From a virus: a DNA stretch of 64,000 nucleotides. Made by a program: the position numbers and the translations under genes. Shown here in pieces: positions 33,381-43,286 of the stretch (its first letter is position 1; each line of letters begins with the position of its first letter). Where the stretch lies: the IMG/VR virus record IMGVR_UViG_3300027963_000040; one strand, 5' to 3'. The notes under the pieces were generated by a model. It saw only the letters and a list, made by a program, of their open reading frames with translations. It had not been told where the DNA came from and did not search any database.

Positions 33381-33608
33381 TCAGGTAGGTTTCACCGTTG
33401 ATGGGCGAGCGACGATTGAGCCTTTTTCAAAAAGCTCGCCAGCCGCGCATTTAGAACGGTACAAAAGCCCAGATTCGTAAGATCGTTTTCCGCCAAACAG
33501 TCCACGGAATTTTAATCCGTAGAGGTCTTTAGGGGTGCCAGGGCGGCACCGTTTCACGGCACCACCACGGGCGAAAAATTCGGCGATCAGCTTTTCATCG
33601 TTCGTCAT
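33381..33608 (-). CDS. Hypothetical protein
   Basis: LIAEFFARGGAVKRC motif common in small phage proteins; promoter-like element upstream. Confidence 0.6.
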   Translation of the reverse strand: MTNDEKLIAEFFARGGAVKRCRPGTPKDLYGLKFRGLFGGKRSYESGLLYRSKCAAGELFEKGSIVARPSTVKPT

Positions 33609-33880
33609 ATTGTCAGCTTACCCTAAGACTGGAAAAAAAGCAAGATTTTTCTTTTTGAATGAAATCAATGACTTAATAATCGGCGTTTCACAACCCATTG
33701 AAATCGTTAGGGATTATTTTTTTCGAAAAAAATAAAAAAATCGGGAAAAATAATGTTCTTAGTTTTCAACGTCTTAGCTTCTTAGAATTCTTAACCCACT
33801 GCTATCGTTCGTTTTTATTTCTCTTGCCTTTTTATCCTTCTTAGGGTAATATGACAATATAACGTGAAGGGAAAAATCTG

Positions 33881-34759
33881 ATGCCTCGTGGTGTTCCTAA
33901 GTCTGGTTTTCGTGCTCCCCGTGGCGCTCATGGCGCTGCTAAGATCGCTAAGATCCTTAACGTCGTCCCTGCTCAAATTCCGGTGGTCGTTGAGACCGAT
34001 GCCGAAATCGAAGCCAAGCTGGCTGACCGTTTTGAGATTCTTGAGACGATGACCGATGCAGCGATCTCGGGTGATGCCCGTGCGCTGATCGTGTCCGGTC
34101 CTGCCGGTCTCGGCAAGTCCTACACGGTTGAGAAGGCTCTCAATGCATGGGACCCTAACGCGATCAACTACAAGATCGTGAAGGGTTATATCAAGGCTCC
34201 GGGTCTTTACAAGCTGCTGCACTCGCATCGTGGTGCCGGTCAGGTTCTGGTGTTCGATGACGCCGATGAGGTGTTCCTTGATGACACTGCTGTCAATCTG
34301 CTGAAGGCAGCTTGTGATACCAGCGAGCGTCGCGTGATTTCTTACATCACCGAAGGCACTCTTATTGATGAAGAGACTGCTGAGCGCCTGCCCAAGAGCT
34401 TCCAGTTTGAAGGCACGATTATCTTTATCACCAACTATGATTTTGACGCGATGATCGAGCGTGGCAGCAAGCTTGCTCCGCACCTGCAGGCTCTGGTTTC
34501 TCGTGCACATTACATGGACTTGGCGATGAAGACCAAGCGCGACTACCTGATCCGCATTCGTCAGGTGATTCGTCATGGTCTTCTGCGTAACATCGGTCTT
34601 ACCGATGAAGCGCAGCTTGATGTGGTTGACTTCATTGAGGACAACCAGGACCGCCTGCGCGAGCTTTCCCTGCGCATGGCGCTCAAGATTGGTGCGATCC
34701 GCCGCAAGGGTGCGGCTAACTGGAAAAAGGTGGCACGGGTCACCTGCTGCAAGAATTGA
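33881..34759 (+). CDS. AAA+ ATPase
   Basis: GPAGLGKS Walker A, LVFDDAD Walker B, IFITN; own plus-strand promoter TTGCCT-17-TAATAT. Confidence 0.85.
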   Translation: MPRGVPKSGFRAPRGAHGAAKIAKILNVVPAQIPVVVETDAEIEAKLADRFEILETMTDAAISGDARALIVSGPAGLGKSYTVEKALNAWDPNAINYKIVKGYIKAPGLYKLLHSHRGAGQVLVFDDADEVFLDDTAVNLLKAACDTSERRVISYITEGTLIDEETAERLPKSFQFEGTIIFITNYDFDAMIERGSKLAPHLQALVSRAHYMDLAMKTKRDYLIRIRQVIRHGLLRNIGLTDEAQLDVVDFIEDNQDRLRELSLRMALKIGAIRRKGAANWKKVARVTCCKN

Positions 34760-35034
34760 GAGGAGAAAATCTGATGTTTAAGTTTGACCTTGGCGATGTA
34801 ATCTATTATCTCGGGGACAATATGATTTGTTCCGCGCCTGTTCTTTCGCGGATGCGGGTTGAAAATGCCCACCCGGACTGGAATGCTACAGCTGGACAGC
34901 AAAAGCTTTTTCAGATGTTCGGTCCGGATCGCGAAGTTTACGCGACGTGTCACGGTAATATTTTAGCCGAAGAAGCGTTCAGATCAGCTCGCGAGCTGGC
35001 TGAATGGCTGATAAAGGATGCTGAAGGGGAATGA
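34756..35034 (+). CDS. Hypothetical protein
   Basis: GAGGAG SD; likely start MFKFDLG. Confidence 0.6.
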   Translation: MRGENLMFKFDLGDVIYYLGDNMICSAPVLSRMRVENAHPDWNATAGQQKLFQMFGPDREVYATCHGNILAEEAFRSARELAEWLIKDAEGE

Positions 35035-35084
35035 TACGCTAGGTTAATTGATACACTAATACAGAAATGATGAGAGGTGGAAGC

Positions 35085-35438
35085 TTATTCGGCTTCCACC
35101 TCTTTTTTGTTTTGGTCTGGCGTGTCAACGATGACGTACTTGGCACGTTCATCTAGTTGGGGATAGGCTCTTAGTATCTTACGAACTTCAATCAGTTGAT
35201 CAATCGCCTTTCTGATTGTGTTCTGAACAACCTTATCGTTGTTCCCTTCTTCAAGATCATACAGAGCGGATTGTAGATTGCTGTCTACAGAATAATCCAC
35301 CTGAATCACCAAACCCTCGTCTCTTTCAACTGTTTCAAGAGGCGGAAAAAGAAGCTCGGTGACTTGCTGAAGCTCCTCTGATCTTAGGATGATGGGTTTA
35401 GGTTTCAGCCACTTTAACATTGTTTTTTCGCTTTCCAA
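35085..35438 (-). CDS. Hypothetical protein
   Basis: Overlaps the regA end; likely start MLKWL. Confidence 0.6.
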   Translation of the reverse strand: MESEKTMLKWLKPKPIILRSEELQQVTELLFPPLETVERDEGLVIQVDYSVDSNLQSALYDLEEGNNDKVVQNTIRKAIDQLIEVRKILRAYPQLDERAKYVIVDTPDQNKKEVEAE

Positions 35439-35817
35439 TAGAGTACTTGGACTCTAAAATCCATTCTGACTTTTCTTTGTGTGGTAAAATCTTAATATGA
35501 CTCATAGGAGCCATTGGCTCTTCGAATCTTTCATTATGCACAATCTTAACCAAGTTCCATTCTTGAAGAAGATTTGCTATGGAGTTTCTGCGTCCCTTAT
35601 CTTCATCACTGAAGTCGGACTGTTTTCCATCTAACAAAAACAACTCTTTGAAGTGAACGATGTAGTATTTGCCACGTTTGTGTAGGATGTGACAGGACTG
35701 GTACAGTTTCTTTTCTTTCTTGGAGGCAACGCCGATACGAGTAAGAGTTTCCTTAATCTTTAGGAAATCTTCTTCTTCAGCTATGTTCACCTCCAATAAT
35801 GTATCTAACAAAGTCAT
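35398..35817 (-). CDS. regA: Translational repressor RegA
   Basis: DFLKIKETLTRIGVAS..LYQSCHILHKRGKYYIVHFKELF.LDG. Confidence 0.96.
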   Translation of the reverse strand: MTLLDTLLEVNIAEEEDFLKIKETLTRIGVASKKEKKLYQSCHILHKRGKYYIVHFKELFLLDGKQSDFSDEDKGRRNSIANLLQEWNLVKIVHNERFEEPMAPMSHIKILPHKEKSEWILESKYSIGKRKNNVKVAET

Positions 35818-35858
35818 AAGTTACCTCACAAAAGCAGTTTTTGCTTTTATTTAGGTAA

Positions 35859-36380
35859 TTACTTTCTTTTCAGCTTCAAGTCTTTTGTTTCCAGGTAAAC
35901 ATACTTTGCGAGGAACTCTTTACGCTGATCTTCTGACAGAACCTTCCAAAATGCTCTGGTCTTATTGAAGTTGTAGCCTATCACCTCAGCCACATCTTCA
36001 AGAAGCTTGATTTCTCGCTTCTCCTCATCGCTCTTCTTCAGCCACTTCTTACGGCGAACCTTCTTAGGAAGCGCGTAGAAAAGATAGTCATGCTGCATCT
36101 TCTTTTCAAGATTGTAACACTGGTTCATAAGCGAAGCATGATGCAGTGTATCAATATGGATAGAGAACGCACGATTGATGGTGAATGGTGTGTACTCCTT
36201 GGCAGTTTCATCGTCAAAGAGATAGCTCTTTTCCTCTGAGATGGAGTTGACGAAGGACCAGATGTTAGTGCCTGTTCCCCATTTTTCCTCTTCAACTTCG
36301 GGTTTGATTTCAATCTGACCGAAGAGAGTTGAAAGAGTCTCCTTGTCTGAAGACTCCTTCTTTTTGGGCTTTACTGCCAT
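35859..36380 (-). CDS. gp62: Clamp loader small subunit gp62
   Basis: Y.PF.INR.FS...D......MN...MQHDYL; lies between gp44 and regA. Confidence 0.85.
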   Translation of the reverse strand: MAVKPKKKESSDKETLSTLFGQIEIKPEVEEEKWGTGTNIWSFVNSISEEKSYLFDDETAKEYTPFTINRAFSIHIDTLHHASLMNQCYNLEKKMQHDYLFYALPKKVRRKKWLKKSDEEKREIKLLEDVAEVIGYNFNKTRAFWKVLSEDQRKEFLAKYVYLETKDLKLKRK

Positions 36381-37309
36381 TCAAGTTCCATCATCAGCTC
36401 GACGAAGAATGCCAGGAGGTTGATTTCCTGATCGACAACGAAGGCTGCCTTATATTGATAGTCGGCGATCTTCAAAACCAAGAGCGGGATAGTCTTCTTT
36501 GCGACATAGGCATCAGATGCTTCGTAAACAGAACGGAAGATGGTGTTCTGATCCTGATCCGAGTTATCGTGAACCCACTTACGAACGTCTTCAAACTTCT
36601 TCGCCTTGCAAGCAGCAAACAACTCCTGCATTGAGACATTCTGAAAGCTGCTCAGGATACCGCTATCAATCTTACCCAGGGCTGAGTAGCGTTGAAGCTC
36701 GTTGAGAACTCGACGCCAATCCGGGAAGAAAGATTCAATTACGGAAACCACCACAACCTTTTCGTACTCAACGTTCTCGTTCTTGAGAATGCACTCAGTG
36801 CGCTTCAGGAACTGAACAGCGAGCTTCGCCATATCCTTTTTACCGATCTTAAAATCGATGACAGAGCACCGAGAATGAAGAGGCTTGATGATACGGTTCT
36901 TGAAGTTGCAGGTCAGAATGAACCCACAGTTCTTAGAGAATTCCTCCATGAAGTTACGGAGGGCTGGCTGGGTTGAGTTTTGATTCAGATAGTCAGCCTC
37001 ATCAAGGATGACATACTTTCTCCCACCAGTCATTGAAACAGCTGAGGCGAAGTTGAGGATATCGTTACGGAGCGTATCAATGTTGCCATTCATAGATCCA
37101 TTGATCACGATATAATCGCAGCCGAGCTCTTCAAGCATGGCTCGAGCGACAGTGGTCTTACCAACTCCGGCAGAACCAGAGAGGATAAGATTAGGAACAT
37201 TCTTTTGATCAACGAACTGCTGAAACGTCTGCTTCAGGTCCGCTGGTAAAATAGTCTCTTCGATCTTCTTAGGACGATATTTTTCGACCCAGAGGAATTG
37301 TTCAAGCAT
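36371..37309 (-). CDS. gp44: Clamp loader large subunit gp44
   Basis: LWVEKYRP, GSAGVGKTT, ILDEAD, HSRC; start MLEQF. Confidence 0.96.
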   Translation of the reverse strand: MLEQFLWVEKYRPKKIEETILPADLKQTFQQFVDQKNVPNLILSGSAGVGKTTVARAMLEELGCDYIVINGSMNGNIDTLRNDILNFASAVSMTGGRKYVILDEADYLNQNSTQPALRNFMEEFSKNCGFILTCNFKNRIIKPLHSRCSVIDFKIGKKDMAKLAVQFLKRTECILKNENVEYEKVVVVSVIESFFPDWRRVLNELQRYSALGKIDSGILSSFQNVSMQELFAACKAKKFEDVRKWVHDNSDQDQNTIFRSVYEASDAYVAKKTIPLLVLKIADYQYKAAFVVDQEINLLAFFVELMMELEWQ

Positions 37310-37311
37310 TA

Positions 37312-37632
37312 TCAGTTTCCTTCGCATAGAAAATTGGAAAGTGTTGAAGTCGGCTGTTTATTCAATCGCGAATGCCTTGTACGTTTCCTTTCATCGAAAC
37401 AAATCTTACAAAATCCTTCTAGATCTTTAGCTTGTATATGTTCTGCTGGCATATTTTGAAGACCTGACTGCCTGTAGAAATTGGAATAGACTTGAGGCTG
37501 TAATGTCCAGCAGGTTTTGTTTGTGCAATATTTGACCCTAAGACCCTTCTTGCCAAACAAAGTTGATTCGTTTAAGTTAACAGCTGTTTTCGCGGTGATA
37601 ACCGGGATAACACCAGAACGAGCCCAACGCAT
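37312..37632 (-). CDS. Hypothetical Cys-containing protein
   Basis: C..K.C and CKIC; possible Zn binding. Confidence 0.55.
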   Translation of the reverse strand: MRWARSGVIPVITAKTAVNLNESTLFGKKGLRVKYCTNKTCWTLQPQVYSNFYRQSGLQNMPAEHIQAKDLEGFCKICFDERKRTRHSRLNKQPTSTLSNFLCEGN

Positions 37633-37693
37633 AAAATTCTTTCCGTCGATTTATGCATAAATCGGGGAGGATTTATGCCCTCCCCGATATGCA

Positions 37694-38347
37694 TCAAAAA
37701 TTGCTAGAGGCTTCTACAGCAATCCAGTAAGTCGCTTCGAGACCAACAAACTTAGAGATGCCCTTAGAAGAAATCTGAACCTGATAGTCGCCATCCATAA
37801 TCTTCATATTCTCAGGACGGAAGATAGCGCGGAATGCCTTATCTGTTTCACCAACAGAGATCTTATATTCACCAGACGAACCAGACTTGGAGTCGATGGC
37901 ACAAAGATACATATTCGCACCATCACCAATAACAGCAATTTCAGGAAGGTTTAGAACGCCCAAACCCTTCATCACGCTCTGAATATCCTTGTTGCTGAGA
38001 TTGAACTCAGCATCCACGGAAGGAAGCTTGATTTCCTTCTCAGGAGGAACCATAATGTTGGAAACTTCGCAGAAAGGGTAATTCATAAACTGATTATTGG
38101 AATGAATCGCAATAGTTTGAACGCCGAATTCAACCTCCGGATTTTCAAACATAGACAACGCTCCAATAAAACGATTCAGCTCGAATATACCGGTAACTTC
38201 GGGGAACTCATCTGGTACAGTCGCCCTCGCCATAATGGTCTTGTTCGGGGAAATGGTCGCGACCAAATTCCCAGGCTTCAGGACGATCGAAGTGTTGATC
38301 GTCGAAAAGTTCTTGAAAACATTGATAGTCTTAGCACTAAGTTTCAT
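37694..38347 (-). CDS. gp45: Sliding clamp gp45
   Basis: MKLS..TI...KNFS.IN; C-terminal YWIAVE. Confidence 0.95.
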   Translation of the reverse strand: MKLSAKTINVFKNFSTINTSIVLKPGNLVATISPNKTIMARATVPDEFPEVTGIFELNRFIGALSMFENPEVEFGVQTIAIHSNNQFMNYPFCEVSNIMVPPEKEIKLPSVDAEFNLSNKDIQSVMKGLGVLNLPEIAVIGDGANMYLCAIDSKSGSSGEYKISVGETDKAFRAIFRPENMKIMDGDYQVQISSKGISKFVGLEATYWIAVEASSNF

Positions 38348-38406
38348 TATATATCTCCATGTTTAATATCATAGTAACGTCATTATAAAGCTAAACTTGG
38401 GAAAAG

Positions 38407-39261
38407 TCAAGACTTTTTCTTGTTCTTACCCAACTGACTTGGGTCAGCTGTTGCAGGCGCTCCGATAGAAGCAAGATCAATAAGAGAACCGCCGAAGATG
38501 TAAGAACCTACGTGCTGCAGCTTCATCCATGGGCAATACCAAATCTTACCGCCAATCTCAATCATCTTCTGACAGAACCAATAGTCTTCCGAAAGATAAC
38601 GCTTAGAAACCGGATCGATCTCAGCCTGAAAGAACTGCATAATCTCACGCGAACCGTCAAAAGCTTCGGTGCGGACATGGTCAGGCTTGTAACTGTATTG
38701 TGGAAATGCCTTTTCAAATCTCTCGAAGGCAGAACGGCGAGTCATCATGAAGCCTGTACCAACTTCCATAACCTCAACTGGCTGATCAATACGAATGTTT
38801 CCGCCACCACCCTTCGGGTTGAATACGAAATCACCAACATACTTTTCAAGAACGTTCGGATCTTCGTCAGCAACACCCTTGTCAACAGCAAGCTTGATCT
38901 TTTCCCAGCTGATGCACTTCTTAGGATACGGACCGGCAAGAACGTCGTATTCTGTATCATCACCCTGTAACGCAAGCATCGCAAGAACGTCACGCGGATC
39001 AAATCCGATGTCTGAGTCAATGAACATCATATGAGTGCAGTCAGAACGCATAAACTCATCAACGCAGTAGTTTCGCGCGCGAGTGATGAGTGACTCGTTG
39101 AACAGGAAGTAAGAGCGTAGCTCGATACCGTTCGAGGTGCAGATAGACGACAAGTCTGCTACTGACTTAGCAAACATACCAGCGCATTGCCCACCATACA
39201 TGGGAGCCGCAAGAAACAGTTTACGCTTACGCAGTTCTTCAATTTCAATTGAGATTTCCAT
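38407..39261 (-). CDS. GT-A-fold glycosyltransferase-like protein
   Basis: APMYGG, ESLITRARN, MFIDSDIGF, GTGFMM, LSEDYWFC, L.HVG. Confidence 0.8.
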   Translation of the reverse strand: MEISIEIEELRKRKLFLAAPMYGGQCAGMFAKSVADLSSICTSNGIELRSYFLFNESLITRARNYCVDEFMRSDCTHMMFIDSDIGFDPRDVLAMLALQGDDTEYDVLAGPYPKKCISWEKIKLAVDKGVADEDPNVLEKYVGDFVFNPKGGGGNIRIDQPVEVMEVGTGFMMTRRSAFERFEKAFPQYSYKPDHVRTEAFDGSREIMQFFQAEIDPVSKRYLSEDYWFCQKMIEIGGKIWYCPWMKLQHVGSYIFGGSLIDLASIGAPATADPSQLGKNKKKS

Positions 39262-39547
39262 GATCTAATCCTTTTTGTTTGTAGTGATCATTATGCATCA
39301 TCAGTAAGATGTAATGCATTGCTTTTGTTAGGTCGGCTTTGTTGTTTCCGTTTTTCTTTCCGTAACGCCATAAATATTTTATTGCTGTGTCTCGGAAAGT
39401 AGTGGTGGCATCGCCTAATGCGATCCAAGCATCAAAACACTCAATGTTGTCAGATGCTTTGTAGTGCTCACCGTACGTCTTATCTATATAGGCAAGAAAA
39501 TCTTGAAGGATCAACCCTTCTTCGTACTTATAGTCAATTTTGCTCAT
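39245..39547 (-). CDS. DUF3310-like nucleotide-processing protein
   Basis: TYGEHY...IECFD...AIKYLWRYGKKNG...DL.KA.HY. Confidence 0.75.
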   Translation of the reverse strand: MSKIDYKYEEGLILQDFLAYIDKTYGEHYKASDNIECFDAWIALGDATTTFRDTAIKYLWRYGKKNGNNKADLTKAMHYILLMMHNDHYKQKGLDHGNLN

Positions 39548-40359
39548 AAAAAGAAACTTTCAATACTAGCTCCAGCTTCCTTACGAGTATCCTTCAGACG
39601 AAGCTCGGCATTGCCTGTAGTTTCACGAATATACATCGTGCAGTATTCAGGAAACATTTCGGCGATCTTAGAAATTGATTCGTGAACGTATTCCTTGGTT
39701 CTGATAGTCTGCAGACCACCATCTTCTTTGTAATAATTAGACTTCACAGTATAGTTGTCGAAACGGCAGAGAACGCCATTGTGAATGTACTGACGAATCG
39801 AGTACTCATAGTCTTCGCCGTGATTCGTAACCCTCTGCAGGTCATCATGATGTTCAACAACAACACCAAACATCGATGCAATGATATAGCAAAGCTTGGT
39901 GTAGACACGATCCTTCATGAAGTAGGCATTAGAGGCTGCATAGATACCAAATGTTTTAGAACCAATATTTTCACACTCATCAAAACCACGCTTGATGATT
40001 TCCTCGTACAGATCATCAATCGGTCCAAGCTTTTGTTCGCTGATTTTACGCTGTACTTCTTCAACGTCATCATCAAACATCATAAGCTTGGTTCCTTCAG
40101 GATACCAACGCTCGATGAAGTTTCGTTGCGCTCCGATCGTAGGAACACCAAGAACAATCTTATTGTGTGGCGTATCCTTTAGAGACTTACTGTAAATCTC
40201 GAACTCTTCTTCATTGGCAACGAAGATGTTAATTTTTTCTGGAGGAATATTATGACCCTCCAGAACCTTCAGAGTCTTCTTCTTGATAGTCTCAGGTCGT
40301 TTGTAGCTGGGAATCGCAATCTTATAATCAATCATATCAAACCTTTCAGAAAAAAGCAT
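39544..40359 (-). CDS. TET-associated GT-A glycosyltransferase
   Basis: IAIPSYKR, QRNFI, MMFDDD, GEDYE, GGLQ; coupled to the oxygenase; likely start MIDYK. Confidence 0.8.
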   Translation of the reverse strand: MLFSERFDMIDYKIAIPSYKRPETIKKKTLKVLEGHNIPPEKINIFVANEEEFEIYSKSLKDTPHNKIVLGVPTIGAQRNFIERWYPEGTKLMMFDDDVEEVQRKISEQKLGPIDDLYEEIIKRGFDECENIGSKTFGIYAASNAYFMKDRVYTKLCYIIASMFGVVVEHHDDLQRVTNHGEDYEYSIRQYIHNGVLCRFDNYTVKSNYYKEDGGLQTIRTKEYVHESISKIAEMFPEYCTMYIRETTGNAELRLKDTRKEAGASIESFFL

Positions 40360-41647
40360 CCAGACTGGAAGTTGTCTTGCCGTATGGATCCTGCATATTG
40401 TGCTTCTTCATATAGTCATGCCATTCTTGTTCTTCCCACATAGAGGGCGAGACACCATTCCAGAGCGGACGATAATACTTATGATCACGATTAGCACGAC
40501 GTTCTTCGATGTATTGCTTACGAAGCTGCTCATAATCCCAAGCCTTCAGATCAGTCATCTTCTCTCGGAAATAAGCAACGATGGTCATACGATCATTGTC
40601 GTCGCCGATCAGCTCATCATTGCCGTGAATACCTGCATGATTGTTAACCAGAAGCATATCGCCAGGTTGAAGGTTAATAGCAATCCGATACTCAGGAAGA
40701 ATGAACTGACCACCTTTCCATCCTTTACCTTCCGGTCCAGTGACTCCACAAATATTGCTGAAACCAACAGTGAGATCGCCAGCATCGCGATGGCAGGCTG
40801 TGCGCCAATTATGATTGACAGTAAGAGTAGTAAAGACAGTGTCATCAATAAGAAATCGCGGATCAAGTTTGTCAGCTTCATTACGTTGAGCCTTCCATCT
40901 TTCGGGGATTAGTTCCTTGAATTGTTCATTAAGCTTGCGAAGGTAAGGATAGCAAAGCGCAAACTTTTCGAGATTCTTCTCGGTGTATGAGGTAGCACGA
41001 CCGTATGGGATACGCGGATAACGGTCGAAATAACCAGCGATACCAGACATAACCGACTGAGCATAGTTGGTCTCAGAAATGTAATTGCTCAGAACGTTGT
41101 TGGCTTCCTTTCGCTGATCTTCGCGTGACAGATTGTGAAGACCATCAACCCACTTATCAAACCAACCGTGGTATTCCGGATAGTGCTTGCAAACTTCGGA
41201 ACGAAGCCAAACGCGACCGCGAGTCTCTTCCTTCTTTGGGTTTGCTGCATGTTCCGCACGAATTGATTCGATTGATTCTTCTTGGTAGATAGCATTATCG
41301 GGGCGAAGGATAAAATCAAGAATGTCCTGATGATACTCTGTCACCCAATCTCGACCACTACGACCAGCAGCACCAAGCATATCGCCACGCGGTCCAGCAG
41401 CAAGACCACGGTTTTGCGACTCAGTTGCAGCTTCCCTCAGACCAGCATACGCGAAATCACACTCTTCCTTGGTGAAAACATTCCTGCGAAACTTGAAAAT
41501 GATATTGTCTTCAGTAAGATCGCCTGTTACTGTTTCGGCATACAGATCAGTATCTTCTTGAATCACCATATCGTATCGGTCGTTAGTGATGAAAGTGCCT
41601 AGGGTATCTTCGGCATCGATAGCTTTGATTACAAGTGTCTTAACCAT
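40346..41647 (-). CDS. TET/JBP-family 2OG-Fe(II) pyrimidine oxygenase
   Basis: SGIAGYFDR, FTTLTVN.N.RTACHRDAGD, HGN, RMTIVAYFRE. Confidence 0.85.
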   Translation of the reverse strand: MVKTLVIKAIDAEDTLGTFITNDRYDMVIQEDTDLYAETVTGDLTEDNIIFKFRRNVFTKEECDFAYAGLREAATESQNRGLAAGPRGDMLGAAGRSGRDWVTEYHQDILDFILRPDNAIYQEESIESIRAEHAANPKKEETRGRVWLRSEVCKHYPEYHGWFDKWVDGLHNLSREDQRKEANNVLSNYISETNYAQSVMSGIAGYFDRYPRIPYGRATSYTEKNLEKFALCYPYLRKLNEQFKELIPERWKAQRNEADKLDPRFLIDDTVFTTLTVNHNWRTACHRDAGDLTVGFSNICGVTGPEGKGWKGGQFILPEYRIAINLQPGDMLLVNNHAGIHGNDELIGDDNDRMTIVAYFREKMTDLKAWDYEQLRKQYIEERRANRDHKYYRPLWNGVSPSMWEEQEWHDYMKKHNMQDPYGKTTSSLDAFF

Positions 41648-41698
41648 TTGAGGTCTCCTTATTGACTAATTGCATTATACTACGTATATATGGAAAAG

Positions 41699-42064
41699 TC
41701 AAAACTTTTTTCCACCATCAGCCATGCGATTTTGTAATTGGTGATCTGCGCGATTTGCGTTGTAGCGATGTTTCTCGTCAAGAGCGCCAGCAACATCAAG
41801 ACCCTCGCGAGCAGCAAGATCAAGAATGCGAATGATAGTGTCAGCGAGCTCCACCTCAAGCATTGTGCGTTCTGTTAGATGATCGTCCATAAGGTTCTTA
41901 CGCGCACCTTCAAGAGCCTCGGAAAGCTCTGAGTGACAAAGAGCAATCATTGTGCCAATTTCGCGCGGATTCTTATGCCAACCCATCGCAGTAGCTTGAC
42001 CGTGTAGCTTTTTTTGAATGCTACGGAGAGCGTGAATTTCGTAATCTTGAATTTCGTATGTCAT
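41699..42064 (-). CDS. MazG-like NTP pyrophosphohydrolase
   Basis: HSELSEALEG...EVELADTIIRILDLA. Confidence 0.85.
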   Translation of the reverse strand: MTYEIQDYEIHALRSIQKKLHGQATAMGWHKNPREIGTMIALCHSELSEALEGARKNLMDDHLTERTMLEVELADTIIRILDLAAREGLDVAGALDEKHRYNANRADHQLQNRMADGGKKF

Positions 42065-42073
42065 AATATAATC

Positions 42074-42286
42074 CTATCGGTTGTTAACGATGCAGGCACC
42101 ACCGCCTACAGTGGGAACCCAAGACCCGCGTGCCTCAAGACAAAGCTTTGCTTGTTCATGATACTGGCGAGAGCTTGACGTTGATCCAAAATATATTGCT
42201 GCAACCATCGCAATGAGCACAGAAGCAAAACAAATTGCAATGCAAAGCGGCACAATGTCGTCTTTATTCATAATCAAATAATCCAT
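42074..42286 (-). CDS. Small membrane protein
   Basis: TM helix plus C...RGSW.....C. Confidence 0.55.
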   Translation of the reverse strand: MDYLIMNKDDIVPLCIAICFASVLIAMVAAIYFGSTSSSRQYHEQAKLCLEARGSWVPTVGGGACIVNNR

Positions 42287-42810
42287 TCAGGAGGTTGACG
42301 GTTTTTCCAGGAGTGCATGCTTGCCTTCCCGATCTTGTAGTAATTACGGTAGTTGACGATTGGATCTTCGCTGACAACGTATTCGGGAGCCATAGCAGAA
42401 GGCATTGTCGTCATATGATAGTTAGTCAAATTCTTAGGAGGAGATTGCAGCTGGTAGCTGAGTTCCCCGAAACATTTATGAGTTTTACCATAGCGATAGG
42501 TGTATTCTTCGCCGAGAGCAAAAAAGTGCTCTGCAAGCCAGTTGTAGTTTTCAACCGACTTGCGCGCCCATACGGCAGAAGGATGGTTGATGTGTGTAGC
42601 TTGATACAGAACAGTATCGCGCGCATCATCAAGAACCCAACGTTTCACGTTGCGACCAGTCTTTGACTTACCAGCGATTTCTCTACCGTCTAGCACTCTA
42701 TGCGCAGTCGAAAGCAACTGCGCAGATTCTAAAATCATCTTTACAACGTGTTTATCGACCATCCACTGAGCAGCTTGCACAGGGTCAGGTGAGACATAGA
42801 AGATGTTCAC
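42274..42810 (-). CDS. Pyrimidine-dimer DNA glycosylase-like protein
   Basis: MNIF...DKHVVKMILESAQLLSTAH...THINHPS..W...EY..RYGK.H. Confidence 0.8.
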   Translation of the reverse strand: MNIFYVSPDPVQAAQWMVDKHVVKMILESAQLLSTAHRVLDGREIAGKSKTGRNVKRWVLDDARDTVLYQATHINHPSAVWARKSVENYNWLAEHFFALGEEYTYRYGKTHKCFGELSYQLQSPPKNLTNYHMTTMPSAMAPEYVVSEDPIVNYRNYYKIGKASMHSWKNRQPPEWII

Positions 42811-43286
42811 TTACGTTTCCATTTCCTCAAAGCTTGTTGACGATGGATTGGGTTTGCTTTTTGATAGAAAACCTCGCCATCTAGAAAATCCATACATTGT
42901 TGAAAAGCACGCGCCGTCATACCGGTATATGTTTCAGTTCTAATTTCACCATTAGGAGTAGCGAAACGAACCTTACAATGCTGCGGACGCTTTATCTTAA
43001 CCTGTAATCCGGGATAAGTCAAGCTAATTTCATCAAGCCGAATTTGATCATTGCTTGGCATAACAATTCTTGGGTTGAAACAGACAAAATTCTCTGGAGC
43101 GCCGCGCATACCGAAGATCCTAAGAGGAATCCCGACTTGGGGGGCAGTAAGACAGATTGCGTTGTTATCGTACATGAATTTAATAAGATTTTGAGAGAAC
43201 TCGACTGGATCAAACGGTGGGTTCTTGAAATCAAAAGGTTCTGACTTCTCTTTCAGCTGAGGGTCTCTGTAATCGATGATTTTCAT
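42807..43286 (-). CDS. Peptide deformylase homolog with degenerate active site
   Basis: PDF spacing (LTAPQVG, CFNPRI, LTYPG...KRP, G.TAR.FQ..D.LDG) but the EGCLS and HExxH motifs are lost. Confidence 0.8.
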   Translation of the reverse strand: MKIIDYRDPQLKEKSEPFDFKNPPFDPVEFSQNLIKFMYDNNAICLTAPQVGIPLRIFGMRGAPENFVCFNPRIVMPSNDQIRLDEISLTYPGLQVKIKRPQHCKVRFATPNGEIRTETYTGMTARAFQQCMDFLDGEVFYQKANPIHRQQALRKWKRK

